DNA of 64,000 nucleotides, taken from positions 33,480,001 through 33,544,000 of the forward strand of contig OZ260664.1 of assembly GCA_965285935.1 (NCBI GenBank), written 5' to 3'. Below, piece after piece: positions 51,091 through 64,000 of the stretch. The translations under genes were made by a program, and so were the position numbers. A model generated the notes under the pieces. It saw only the letters and a program-made list of their open reading frames with translations. It had not been told where the DNA came from and ran no database searches. This stretch comes from Ophelia neglecta (Eukaryota). The stretch's first letter is position 1; each line of letters starts with the position of its first letter.

Positions 51091-51407
51091 AGCTGACAGC
51101 GCCCTGTCTAAAAATTGGCATTATCAAATTACACGGCGGATCAGGCCGATATCGATATTGACATTGCATCCCTCACACTGTAGCATCGCGTCTAATGAAT
51201 AGCAGAGCGTTCATCAATTTGGTTTCCTTGACGGGTTGGAAGAGCCACTGATGAATGTATTCAATGCGGGATGCAATCAAGTCTTCGCCGCAGTCTAGTA
51301 GACATGGGCGCTGTAATTGGCCTCTTGTCAGAGGCAGATGAACCTATCTTGTACGTTTACCTAATCCACGCTTTTATCCGATGAGTGAGTCATTTGCCTT
51401 GCAGCTT
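51091..51407. repeat. Interspersed repeat, copy 2
   Basis: Same orientation as the copy at 20385-20735. Confidence 0.85.
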
Positions 51408-54400
51408 GGACATTATTGGCAATATAAAGGCGTAGATTACCACGTTACCAAAGCATCCCCATACTCCATAGCTGCTTGCCATAATGTTAGTACCGATGAT
51501 TTCAGTCAAATAACCTGATTTGTAAAAATGGTATTATAAATATATCCTCCCACGCGTTATAATAAAAGCAAATAGTTCTTGCTTATTTTAAACTCAGTTC
51601 TTGTAGATAAGTGTTTGTGAGGTTACGGTTATTATTGTATGTGAGTGTGTCTAAAACAATCATAAAACTTAAACACATTTTCAATTTTATTTTTCAAATT
51701 TATTTTCTGACTTTGTGTGATAGTTTATTCCAAAGAAAGAGACCTAATGCCCCCGAAGCAAGTTATTCAACGTCTTATATTAACTTAAAGCAGTATGCAT
51801 CCGAAATATTTATGTCATATTTGTTGACAAGATCGAACTATAAGCAATATTGGCATCAGCTTTTCTTCAGCTTATCTGTAAAAGTGCCAATTGTTCGATT
51901 GGTTCATATTGCCAGTAAATAGAAGTTCCGAAAAGTTGCGATGCCTATAAACTGGGAATATTGGGATATTACAAAAACGAACATAACATTTGTTATCAAT
52001 GTCGATTACTCGGACACAGTCCTCTAATTATTGTCCTTCATTCACAGCACAATGATTAGAAGCAGTTCTTAAGTATGCTAATGCCATTATTATCAAATCA
52101 GAGCGATGTACTTGATTAACCTTAAGCGCATAGATGGTGCATTTAGCAAATTGGGATTATTGTGTGCACCATTATAACAGAACATTTCCATTATTTAAGA
52201 GCAGGCATATTAATTCGTGCGGGTTGTTGCATTCCTGCTATCTTGGGAAGCACAGTTTTGTCTTTTGGTGAAGCCAACAGCTACAGTTTAGATAGAACAA
52301 GAGTGAAGAACAATATGAACGGAATGTTTATAATATTTCCATTCAATTTCTCGCAAACAGGGTCTCAATTGAAAGAAGCTTATCTGGCTGAAGTAATTAT
52401 TCTCTATTGTTGTCTTTGCATATGGCGAGGTTTAATGGTCAATCGCCGGAAGTATGCCAATGACTCATTTCAACTTTAATTTAATTTCATTGCCTGTTAT
52501 GTAAGCGAGGCCCCATACACAATCAATACATTGCTTGCAAATGAATAGCATTTCAAACGAGGCCGATAAGTCAGCGACAATATATATTTACTGCTATAGG
52601 GGCTGTAGTGATTATGTTGTATGCATTCAGTGAATCATTCCGCAGATATTGGTGAATCCAGGTTAGCTTTCCTGAATATACACGCAATACGTATGATTGT
52701 CACCTATTAGTCTGGTTTCTGAGTAACACAACTATGAACACGCACAAATCGAAGAGTGTCATGTCACATCTTTTTATGAAGGTGGTGGTGAAAGGGCAAA
52801 GAACAAGCAACGGTAAATCATATGTTATATGACGCATATTAATATGATATTTTTAAGTATGAGGTCATGGAAATAAACGAGAGCGCCAAGCTGTCGCGTT
52901 CATGGTCCTAGTATGAGGAATACCACACCACGGTCATCTGGAATAAATCCGATGTCTTGTTATTTCTCGAGCTTCAATGTATAGCCAATTCGGCGTGAAC
53001 ATGTATTTAGGAAAGCACCACTTGACATTTTTTCATTTTCATCACATTATATATCTGTACTCACATATAACTTTTATCTAGGAAACCATTCACCGACAGT
53101 AAGTTTCCATGTATACGACAAAGCGGGGACATAGTAAGAAGCCGATATCATGGCAAGTGTGACAGCTTTCGTTCATTAATATGCACATCGCCACGGCCTC
53201 TTTTAATGAATAAACCCCAACAGGAACCAAGGTAACGTATCACCCGACAGCGACAATTCTATTTAGTGTATAACGCGTCCCGCTTGCTGAAATTGTTAAT
53301 GGCTGCGAGGCCTTTTAACGGTTGCTGGTTTTAAACCGCCCTCGCGGCGTTCTATTATTTTCATATTAAGGCCCAATTTAGGGATGTTAGCCAAACCACT
53401 TCAATATTACAATAAGTTGAAATTGACGATTATCTCAATTGTGTACAGATCGATTTCTAACTATTACATTAGCGTTGGCATTTCGGTGGGTATTGTGCGT
53501 CTTAAAAATGCAACCAATTAACCTAGGAATTATCAATTTAAGTTTGCTTTTATTTAGAAACATAAGCAGTAGTAAATAAGCTCCTTGCTCTTTCAATATT
53601 GTTGAAGGCTATTTTATGGACTATTTGCATTGGCTTCCTTTTATGCTCAAGATACGTTTGGTGGTATGACGTTAACTACACATACTGTCATCGAATTTTG
53701 GCTTTACAAATTAGATATATTTCAGATAAGACCAACCAGATTACTGACAGAAGCAGAAGCCCTTTCCATCATATCGATCTAGAGATGATCTTGTCAGCAT
53801 AAGATCAACTTGAACAATCTGCACAAAGCCGTGCCTAGACTATCGCACTCCTCTGGAGATGGGAAATTCGGTTTCATGTGAGGGAAATTTAAAACGAAGG
53901 CCTCCCCAAACCTTGTTACGTCAGTGATATGGAATCATCTTATTGACCTACCAACATGGCCGCGTTTGAACATTTCCTTAAACAAGTAGGCAATTGACTT
54001 TATTTGCTCTGAGGCACATCATCTATTAAGGGAATGTTCATAATAGTATTGGGCGCCAACCGGGCTGTGAGGGGAGCTGAAGTGGAAGCATATTTGAGAA
54101 CCAAATTGTCTCAGGCGTGAAAGATAATAAGACAAGACGAGCCTGGTCTATTTGCACTCCATGATTTTTACATGAATCGCTAATTACAATCTAGCTTAAG
54201 CAATTTTTCTGTATATTGATAAAGCTAAATTTAATAACCGTCGTATGGACACCATGCTCTGGAGTCTAAATTTTGGTGGGGTTTCCCACGAGTGGCACAA
54301 AGGAATGTGTGTTCTTCGAAAAGAGTCACTCAAACTCGAGTTTATTTTATAACTGGTGCCATTTGGGTTTCCATCTTTGAACAGAACAGTATCAATAAAG

Positions 54401-57400
54401 ATTCCTTAATCGTTATTTAGAAATATATGGTCTACTGTAAGGATTCGCATATGGATAACGTGTTATGCTGCGTGCACTTTTTTCTTTTGGAAAAACAGGG
54501 TGTCTTAATTGAACAAGTCATAGGCGCATTTCTTTGAATGGTGATTACGCTGATGTTTGATCGTTCACTGGCAGAAAACCATATATGTTCTTTCCAGTGG
54601 AGAACCTAGGCTCTTACTATTGCTGTAGCTTTCTTCTTTGAAAGTTAAGAAAATAATGTTGCCTGAAAAATGAAGAAAATAAAAAAGTAACCAATTGCAT
54701 AAGGTCATTTATAACGAGTTTTAAAAATTAGTGCTAGGAAGCTACTATATCAATGCAATTATTAGCCGGTCAGTGACGACGTACATTGTGTGAGCAGCCA
54801 TTCTCATAGATGCGAAACGGGAGTGGAAATTGGCCAGAGCAACTATAATCTGCCAACACGAGGTCCCTTAAATCAGTTCCAGTTCAATTAATTAAATTTC
54901 GTCCTGTTTAAACACATTACAAATTTATGTTGTAAAATAGAGTTTGGCATTGGTGAGATGCCTCCTGTTAATGAAAGCGCATTGTGCGTATAGATATTAT
55001 ATTCGCTCATGGGGAAAATGTGACCAACCATGTTATAGGTACTGTCACCTTTGAAACAATTTAAGAGCTTGGCATTTGATAAAAGTCGCCATGCGAAAAA
55101 TGTGATGAACGACATTGACACTGAGCCCGTACGCGGAGCCATAAAATCGGCCCAACAACTCCAAGAGCCTAGAAAATAGGGAAAGCCTATGACCCGGCAA
55201 ATAAAGGGAAGTTGGTGGACACATTCAAGTTGTTCATTGGGCACATGTGCTTATGCGACGTGTTTGTTGCGACATCAACAACACAGAAAAAAGACTACGA
55301 TATAATTTTTATTGGATTGAGACTTTACAAAGTATCGATGTTTCAATTTGTATCTGCACTTATATTTTGACCTCCAGGACCCAAACAATTGAATAAACGA
55401 CCAATACCCATTTACATGTTCAATATACTTAACGTGCAGAGCACAAAAAAATGTTGACAATTTATCATTTATATTGGACTTGTGCTGGCGGACTAAATCA
55501 ATAATGCCACGAAAGAACAGGACTTGGTATAGTAATTTGGCTCGGTCTCGGTCGCGTTTGCCAGTCGCATAGTTTCAAGCCCTCTGTTGCCAAGTACAAC
55601 TACATGCGATCATCAAATACTGACAGCAACATCATGTTTTCCCTTCCAGTTGGCGACGTTAATCAGCCATAAGCAATGGTAGGTAAGGTTTTCCATCACA
55701 TGTTGCCGTTTCAAAAACAGTTTGTTATGGGGAAGAACATACTTGAATATAAAAGGAAGAACATTCAAATGTAATGTGAAGAACATAGACGAATAAATAC
55801 GACAGCAATTTCTTATAACGATAATACAGACCAGAACAATAAGCAGACAATTTGAAACCATAAAATAACAATTAATTTCCTGTTAATTTTTCAATTTAAA
55901 CAAATGAAAAAATATATATTGACACCAATAACAGTACTATATAAATGTGTTCTTAACGCTAAGAATATTATATATAGTTCCAAAAGGAACTCGGAAGCAA
56001 TCTGGTATTTGTGTCTTACAATATGATTCTTGATACTGCATGAGCAAGATCATGATGTGCCTTAATGCAATTTGGTCATAAATGTAAAAGAAAACAAATA
56101 TGTGAAGACTATGCATAGTCCAAATCGGATAGCTTTGAGAGACAGAAAATAAGAGCTTCTAAAAGTCACGGCAGTTTCCAAAAAGAGAGTAAATTTAGGT
56201 GTACCTGATTGAATTCAAACATTAGAACAATTGAAATACTGAAGTCTCATTGTTTATGAAAAGTTTCAACCATCAGAAAAAGAGTTCCTATCCAAATTGC
56301 TATAGTTGACATACATTATCTAAAAAAGAAAGCAAAAACAGTCCAGGATTGTTAGTTGACAGGATTTAAAAATAACGATAGGCCCTAAACAGACTGCATG
56401 CAGCTAAGATACGCAGTAAAGCAATCAAACAGGACAACAGAAAGAGTATATTCAACATTTTTTACTACTATCATCCAAGCTAGGGAGGTGATTATCTTTG
56501 CTATATATATACTTCAGAATAAGGCTGTTTTGGCACTGGCTACATTCGAAATGTCACTTTATTTCTTCTACTCGTATAAAGCGAGGAAATTACATACATA
56601 AATAGAAACCATAATAGTGTAGTGTGTGGGATAACGGGCTTTCAAATAAGTCAGTTTGAATTTCACACACACGCACACTTTTAAGGCGACAAGCTATACG
56701 AGCATTCTATCCTAGGGGAAAGTAAACCAAGTCAAGCCATACTGCAAGGTGAAAGAAATTACATTATAGAACACAGCCATACAATTGGGTTGTATTATAC
56801 AATGCCTGTGTATTGAGTATTTATTAAAAACTAAATCTCTTTCGATATATATGCGTTTGGTTTTAAGCCAGTAGGTAAAATATCGTGCCATTTAGACGTG
56901 TCCTAAAGCTCCATAACGCTGACTATATATTAATTTTTTCTACTCAGTGGATGTGAACAGGAACCTTACATAACTTTGTATGGAAACATCTTACCGCGGA
57001 CATGGCAGATATGTGGCTTCTCCTAAGTGTGTATGCTCGGGCCTACATGTGAGAAAGCGCATAACTGTGATTTATGTGTTGAACGGTTCATCTGACAAGG
57101 AAATGTGAAGAAGCCCCAGGCAACGCACTCAGTAGAAAAACACCGTTGGTTAAACTGCATAAGAGAGTCATCCGGTAGTCGTGATTTAACCAGGTACATT
57201 CTCACGCAAACCGAAAAGTAGATTTTTGGGAGTGTTTGGCCGATTTGAATAAAGGTAGATATTTGTATTTTTCGCTAGTCAGCTGGATTAGAAACCGAGA
57301 AGCAGTCGAGTTTTTAAAAATCTGAATCACCAAAAGACCATGACGCAATAGAAAGGGTGAACGAAATCGCTCAATGGCCTTATGCATTACTAATACATAT

Positions 57401-60400
57401 TTTCAGGACACTGAAGCTTTAATTTTCAACAACCCAGCGCAACACATTATAATATTCGAAACACATTGCATCCATATGCAGCGCCATATGATACTGTCAG
57501 TGGAATAATATTAAGAAGCATATGCGTTTGTATATTTAATGGACATACTTTGGTTAAAACAGAACTTAACAAATCTCTTGAGTGTCATCAAATTTTGTTT
57601 TTGTTAAACAATGGGACGAAGTCGTTTATAGCTTTAAGAATAATTACCACTTTTTACTACAATGATTCTAATGGAATTTCACGTGCTTTGAATGGAACCC
57701 TGAACACAATAGTACCCCTGAACACAATATCATATTGTACGCAAGTTATGTTTGTTTTGATTAGGTAACATGTTTTTCCTTCCTATATTGTTAGGTATAT
57801 CGCGTATCTTATATAAAACTCGCCCCAAAAAAACGCACTGCATTCTCTGGGTGATTCTATCTCGCATAGATGCCGACATCATTCTTATGAATTAACCACT
57901 GTATGTCAGAAGTTTCTAATATGTACCATGTAATTTTGCCAGCTTGTAAATATACATGTTCTTTTTTTTAAGAATAGATAAACAAGAAATTGAATTAACC
58001 CCCTTAGTGGATTTGGTTGTTGTATACAGATGTCTAACGCACATGAAACACAGTGCACTGAGGACCTGTGTTGCAATGAAGTTAATTGTGATAAAATCTT
58101 GTATTTATAAGCCTTTGATCTTCATTCTTGTTGACATGATATGTGTTCTTCATAGGGATATTTTCTTCAACAACTTGGTGATTCTTGTAACCGAAAGTAC
58201 TAAAAGTTACCATGAATATACTATGAGTGTAAAAGTTCACCACATATAGAGTGGATACGCTAAGTACAAGGGTACACTTATAGGAACAAGAAAAACCCAT
58301 ATTGAACCTGCAAAGCAGTTCCCCCTCATAATGGCTTATTGTAGAAATTTAACTATCTTTAATATAATTTGGTTATTAAGACGTTTAACTTTCTCTGAGA
58401 GAAATAAATGACTTTTCTAAGCTCACTCTGACAAATATCTTTTTGATCCATTCAGGTTTTCTCATGCACGCATCTAAGAGATGACATTGGTTTTGCTTTT
58501 TAGCTTTGACGACATTAACTCGATCGATATGAGTTCTTATAATACTGCCTGAATCAGTTTTTTTAATTAATTGGGACTAAGAACTACTTGACGTGAATAG
58601 ACCCGTTATGTTAATTTGCGTGCCACATCAATGTCAGCAAAATAAGGCTAATTTAGTTCATAGCAATTGATGCAAATGTCGATACATTGGTCTATTTTGC
58701 CTTAATCGGGGCCACCATCCACTCGAGACGAGATGTGGCATTTCCAACAAATCTTTACCATCAGACACTTTGACTTGAAAGCTTCCGTGACATGCAAACA
58801 AGAATCATTTTGTGCCTGGATAAACCCAATAATATTAATTGCAAAGTCGACAAACAGACACAGCAGCAAATTATGGAAAAATGGTGTCTCTAGATTTATG
58901 GCACATTTGGATTATTGCATTGGATTAACGCGCGTGCACATTTCTGATAAATGTCGTAAAACACGACATTTGTTCGTGGTGATCAGTTTATTCCTATCAA
59001 AGTCAGTACTAGGATAATTGACCCAATTGAATGAAGAAAAAGGCCTTTCAAGTCATAAACATATATTTGCATGATTTTCAAACCAATATCAAAACGCGTG
59101 ATCATGACAATAAATATTTTAAGAAAAATACACAAATCTTTAATCCCCTTATATATGTTTCATGGTGTGATTTGATTCCGAATTCACCCGTATTACACTG
59201 AATTAGCTTTTTGATAATGTTTTGAAAATCGCTAAAATCAAAACGTTTTTGTATGAAAAAGATTAGGATTGACGACTTCAATTTCCCTACAGCGATGGAA
59301 TGTATTTCTAAATGCAAGGTATTTATTAATTGTGCAGTTCTTTTTGAAGTATTCCTGTGACGTCTTTCTGGGTATGTGTAACGTCATTCCTGCGCTATTA
59401 ATTCTGCAATATGATCCACGGATGGTAATTTAACGTTATCACCGTTTCTACACGCTCATAGCGTTGGATTATAACATATAAGTTTGACAAAAAAAAACGC
59501 ATTAAGGGCTGCAAACCAAACGCGCTAATTGAGTCACAGTAAATGTCAGAATGTCCCCACGACAAAGTATTATTATTAATTAAGAATTGTCCATTACATC
59601 TGTCTCAATCCATGGGATGCCAAACACAAAACAAAAGATTCAGTGATAGTCAATACAGAACAAAAAATATCCGAGACCCAATATATGAGGGCCTATGGTT
59701 GTGAAAAGAGCAGGAACATGGAGCAGCGTACTTTGTTATCCGCTAAGATTTCTAGGAAGTTGCAGTTCATTATTTTGTCAGAAAAAATGTAAGTAAAAGC
59801 AATCAGTATGGGTATATATATTTCCTTCCATACATAACAGTGGTTTACCAATTTCACACAACTACTAATTTGAAGACATCGTGACACATCATTAAATGTA
59901 ATTGGATAAGAATATAGTTTTATTCCTCCTCAGGTGAGAGTAAAGTTATACATATACAATTATTTTGGTTCGCTTAATATTCCAAACATATTCTACAATA
60001 GTATGTTCACAGCCAAAGTTGTAACCGCAAAACATTGTACAATGGGTGTTGGGCTATTGGAAGGAAACATTAACAGCTAGAACACGCCTTGTTGCTATCC
60101 ATGAGGTTCATAACACGCACCGCTATGGCCACTGCTGCATGAGTGTTGGTACGTCAGTGGTTGTCCTGCTCACCTGACCAGATGAAACACACTAGTGTAT
60201 GTTGATCAAGGGGTGTTACATCTCTCAGGGAAGGTGATCGCATATGAATGATCCTAGGCTACTTCAGACAATGGTGGTTTTGGAGGGCAGTGCGTCTTAG
60301 AAGGAAGTGTGGCTCGTCTTCCCTAAAGTCGACACGTAAGCCGCTTACTCTCGATAGACATGCTGCGCTTTAAGAGTAGACACCTCATTCTACCCGAGTT

Positions 60401-61919
60401 GTCGACAAGATGCACCGTCAGTTTGGTTTGCTTATACACGAAGTAAAATACGTTAACCGATACCCGGAAGACAAAGTCAAATTATCTGTCAAGCAGAGTC
60501 CAATAAATTGGTCGGAAATCATCAGATACCACCAACCACAGGCATAAAGTTCGTAACTTATTTTTCAAAATATACTGTCCCAAACTGTTTGTTTTGATAA
60601 AGCAACTTAATTGTTGTAGAAAAGAAAAAATATACCAATTATTACTTTGGCAATAATAAACAACGTAAAGAATGTCACACAAATTATATCAAAAATAAAA
60701 CCAACAGCATTGAAACATTCCTAGGCTGCATAAAATAACTCAGTTGTTGATGCATTTCCCGGTTGCACATAGCCATTAAATTCTCTCGCTTCATCACTGG
60801 CTGTATTGGCAATGATTTTCAAGCTAGATATGTTTTCCCTAGTTATAGTACCGCAGTTGGTTCATTCGTATTAGGTAAAATAGGAACTGACAAATCAGCC
60901 GCCTTCAGCAGTAGACCAAACATGTTTTCAAACCGTAATTTCTTTAGATGAGGCACTCAAATATGTCCAAGGTGAGTAGAAAAGCTATAGATCAAATTAA
61001 AATATCAGTCATTCCAAAGCAGCAAATACGAGTGATATCTAAGTAAATTTTAAAGCCTCAAATTGTATGATTAAAAATATCAAAGTACCATTAATTCGAA
61101 GCAAATTGGACTCCTGACAAAGCTCGATGGCTGCATTTGACACAAAGGTAATGTTTGTGCCTGCAAAATTAGGAGTTGATTTAATATCTTAAGAAAACAC
61201 AGTTTGACATCTTCACGTTTAAAGTTGTTCAATCAATCACAAATTCCATAGTTGAATGTTCGATCTTCTTTAGATAAACAAAATGGTAATTGAAATTTCG
61301 ATCATTTTTAGATGAGAAAACTGTCTTGAAGTGTCGTATGTTGGCCTTGTCCCGTACTAGCACTTCAAACCAGTCACAAAATGATAAAGGCAATTCGTTT
61401 TTGCATGCCAGACGCACTTAAAGTAATCAGATTTCCTTAGCAGGCACTCTTGCGGAGCAAATTATCTTATGTAGCCGTCTGCCTTTACCTTTCTCTCCCT
61501 CTTGTATGTTTCAAAGCAATGCTTTCATCGGAAACTGACCTCCTGTATAGTGTGCTATTATCGCGTTGCATTCGTTCAGGATGATTATTCCTTTGTTTGT
61601 CACTGATTAAATTCAAAAGGGGATTTCTTTGTTGGTTTATTATGCCTCATGGACGTATGAGTTGTATGAATTTTGTATGGTTTACAACAGCGCGCCCTGA
61701 ATCATTTTACGCCAATTATGAAATGCTATAACACAAAAGTACGTTGTGGCATTATGGGCCCTTTTCTGAAAACCAGCCGATGGCAGTTATTGATTTTACA
61801 TCTAACTAAAACATAACTGGTGTGGATTAGTTCAAGAACAATGTACTATAAGCATACATTTATAATTGATTATAACGACTGCTTGAAGATGACAAATGTA
61901 AAAGAAATGTCGTATTGTA

Positions 61920-62210
61920 CGCAAGTTATTTATCACAGACCCAGTTCATTTATCTAATATCTCGCACAGAGCCTGATTGACAACGGCTTATTTTTATGCA
62001 GGTGTATTCAACCGGGATTTATTGGATTGGGAACTGCTCCTGGATAATGATTATAAAGGCGATTACTACAACAAAATTGTCTCCAGAGAGTGTTTAAGCA
62101 CGTTCGGTAAAGTTCTTTCCCTTCCAGAATATAAAGCATTGTCAGTAATTAGTGGTGAGCCAAGTTGTATGAATATAATTCTACATTGCAGATATACAAA
62201 AATGTACGTC
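61920..62210 (+). mobile_element. Degraded LINE AP-endonuclease fragment
   Basis: VIYHRPSS (YRPP), AGVFNRDLLDW (GDFN..W) and EPS...IL in the expected order. Confidence 0.45.
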
Positions 62211-64000
62211 GTTATTTCATACCATCTTTGAAGATATAAATTTAACGTAAGCTTTATCTTCTTATATGTTTTTAATGACTAAGCCATAGTGTTTTGTTAT
62301 GTAACATCCTGTTCAATCAAAAATTCCAGACAAAACAAAACGGTGTTTGGCAAATGTGTCAATCACTCGAAGAAACTTTTGGGAATCAATCCTAATAAAT
62401 GAAGAAACATCAGATCAATAATAATCACAAACATTAAGATTAAATAAAATGTGTCATCTCTTTATCGAATAGTGGCCGTAGCTCGACAAGTTGGCGCCAA
62501 CATTAATATCAAGCAGAACGAACACTTTAACCGGAGTTATGCTCACTTAGGAGATGCTATGCTTCTGGAATGTGTAAGATAATCGATACCTTTTGTCTAG
62601 TGGGCTTTCCTTATGGTGATGTTATCATGGTGATGCTCGTATAGTGATGGCATATTGTGATACTGGCAATCATCAAGCCCACATTTGAAATGTTTGAAAA
62701 CATATCTTTACAGGCGGCAATTTTACTGAGGTGCAGACTACAGCTTTCAATGAGCTGGAGGTTATTTCCATGATATCTTTAGAATAGTTTCATGTAACTA
62801 CAGCCAGGAATCATAGCTGATGGGGTATGTGGTTCATAAACGGAGCAAATAGTGAGTATAGTCTAAAACGAAAAGTAACATGTTTAAGTAGTATTTATAT
62901 GTTATTATTTGGAAGGTAAAGCTATTTATTCTTAATATTAATAGTGTTGATGAAAGTTGCAGTGGATATGTTCGAGAAATATGGCGTTATACTAAAATGC
63001 ATAATGTTTCCGACATTTACGACTTTCTAAACTTCTAGAGCAATTGTATATGTATACCAGGACCTGATGGAAAAAACTGCTAAATTGATTGTCAGATTTG
63101 GGGCTAACAAAAAGCTCTACACCAATTTGGCAGGATTATTTAATGTTATCCATGCGTCGGGTTTGATGCCCAGTTAGACGCTGACCTTGCCAGTACCTAC
63201 CGCCCATTAACTTTTAGCCCTTTACTCACTCAATTACTTGAACTAATTCTATTACCTGGCATTTCCGGTCTGAATGCTTAGTGCCCTTCACTGGGTAGGT
63301 GTTAAAACGCAAAGTCGTAACAAATTCATTTGGTTTTGGAAATTCTGGCTGCCGCAGCATTTTTTATATTAATTACATTTATTCATTGTATGTAATTTGT
63401 TTTAGGAGATCTACGTGTATAATGCACATATTCTCGCAATTTACGATATTAGTTTCTTAAGTACTCTTCCTTGTGCAGTTATTGATATGTCAGTGTTACA
63501 ATTGTCCTACCCGACAAAACAGTTGCTTTATAGTGATGTTACCCTAGTAGACACTGGTGCAGACTGCACATATTGAGACCAGTTCGAGGCAGTATTGGCC
63601 TGCATAATAATCAACCTCTGCTTTCCAAGAACAGTGTCATTTAAATCTGGCGAAAAGACTGTCTATAATTGACCCACGTTACTAAGACCAGGTATATCTC
63701 ACCTTTGTGTTACTACCAAATGGCAAATTAAAATATAGTTTATAAATAGATAAAAGCCTAAAATATATGTCAGTTTGGGAAGTTTCTATCTAAATATCTA
63801 AGTGAAATGAAACCATCAGCTTTGGAATCAATAAACTGCACTTTGTTAAAAGTTAAGCCAAGAGAAGATTTTTAAAACTGCCATTCATGTTTAGTCTCCA
63901 CGCAATTTAAAATATGAAGAGGGACATCTTGTATGATGTATGGGAGGTACCCAGTTCGTTCAGAGGGGCCAATCATTGATAGTAAAGAATGAGGGGGCAC

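Noticed and set aside
60227-60272. GGGAAGGT...TTCAGAC words resembling RNase P RNA conserved regions
   Set aside because: Too close together and the P4 pairing is not satisfied.
57733-61929. 17-bp exact match TATTGTACGCAAGTTAT at ~57733 and ~61913
   Set aside because: No extension into the flanks; could be chance or a tiny repeat relic.

Overview
AT-rich (roughly 35-37% GC, judged by eye) eukaryotic genomic DNA, most likely an invertebrate animal, with spliceosomal introns and LINE/MITE debris; no prokaryotic features, CRISPR, rRNA or intact tRNA seen. The one clear gene is a minus-strand TMTC1-like protein O-mannosyltransferase (GT-C membrane domain plus TPRs). I rebuilt it as 17 coding exons (27781..17710, about 976 aa) with all GT-AG junctions in phase and a probable non-coding first exon ending at 30672. 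Also present: a 5'-truncated, decayed L1/Tx1-type LINE with an 11-bp target-site duplication (35.5-38.2 kb), a young hAT-type MITE (25-bp perfect TIRs, 8-bp TSD), several older MITE and CR1/L2 remnants, and a two-copy repeat whose 139-bp core is far more conserved than its flank. The most unusual signal is a 48-bp inverted match between the TMTC1 5' leader and the putative intron 1. Its three mismatches are all G-U wobbles in the sense pre-mRNA, and it covers a TTTCAG acceptor and upstream AUGs: a candidate long-range RNA duplex controlling splicing, A-to-I editing or uORF usage.
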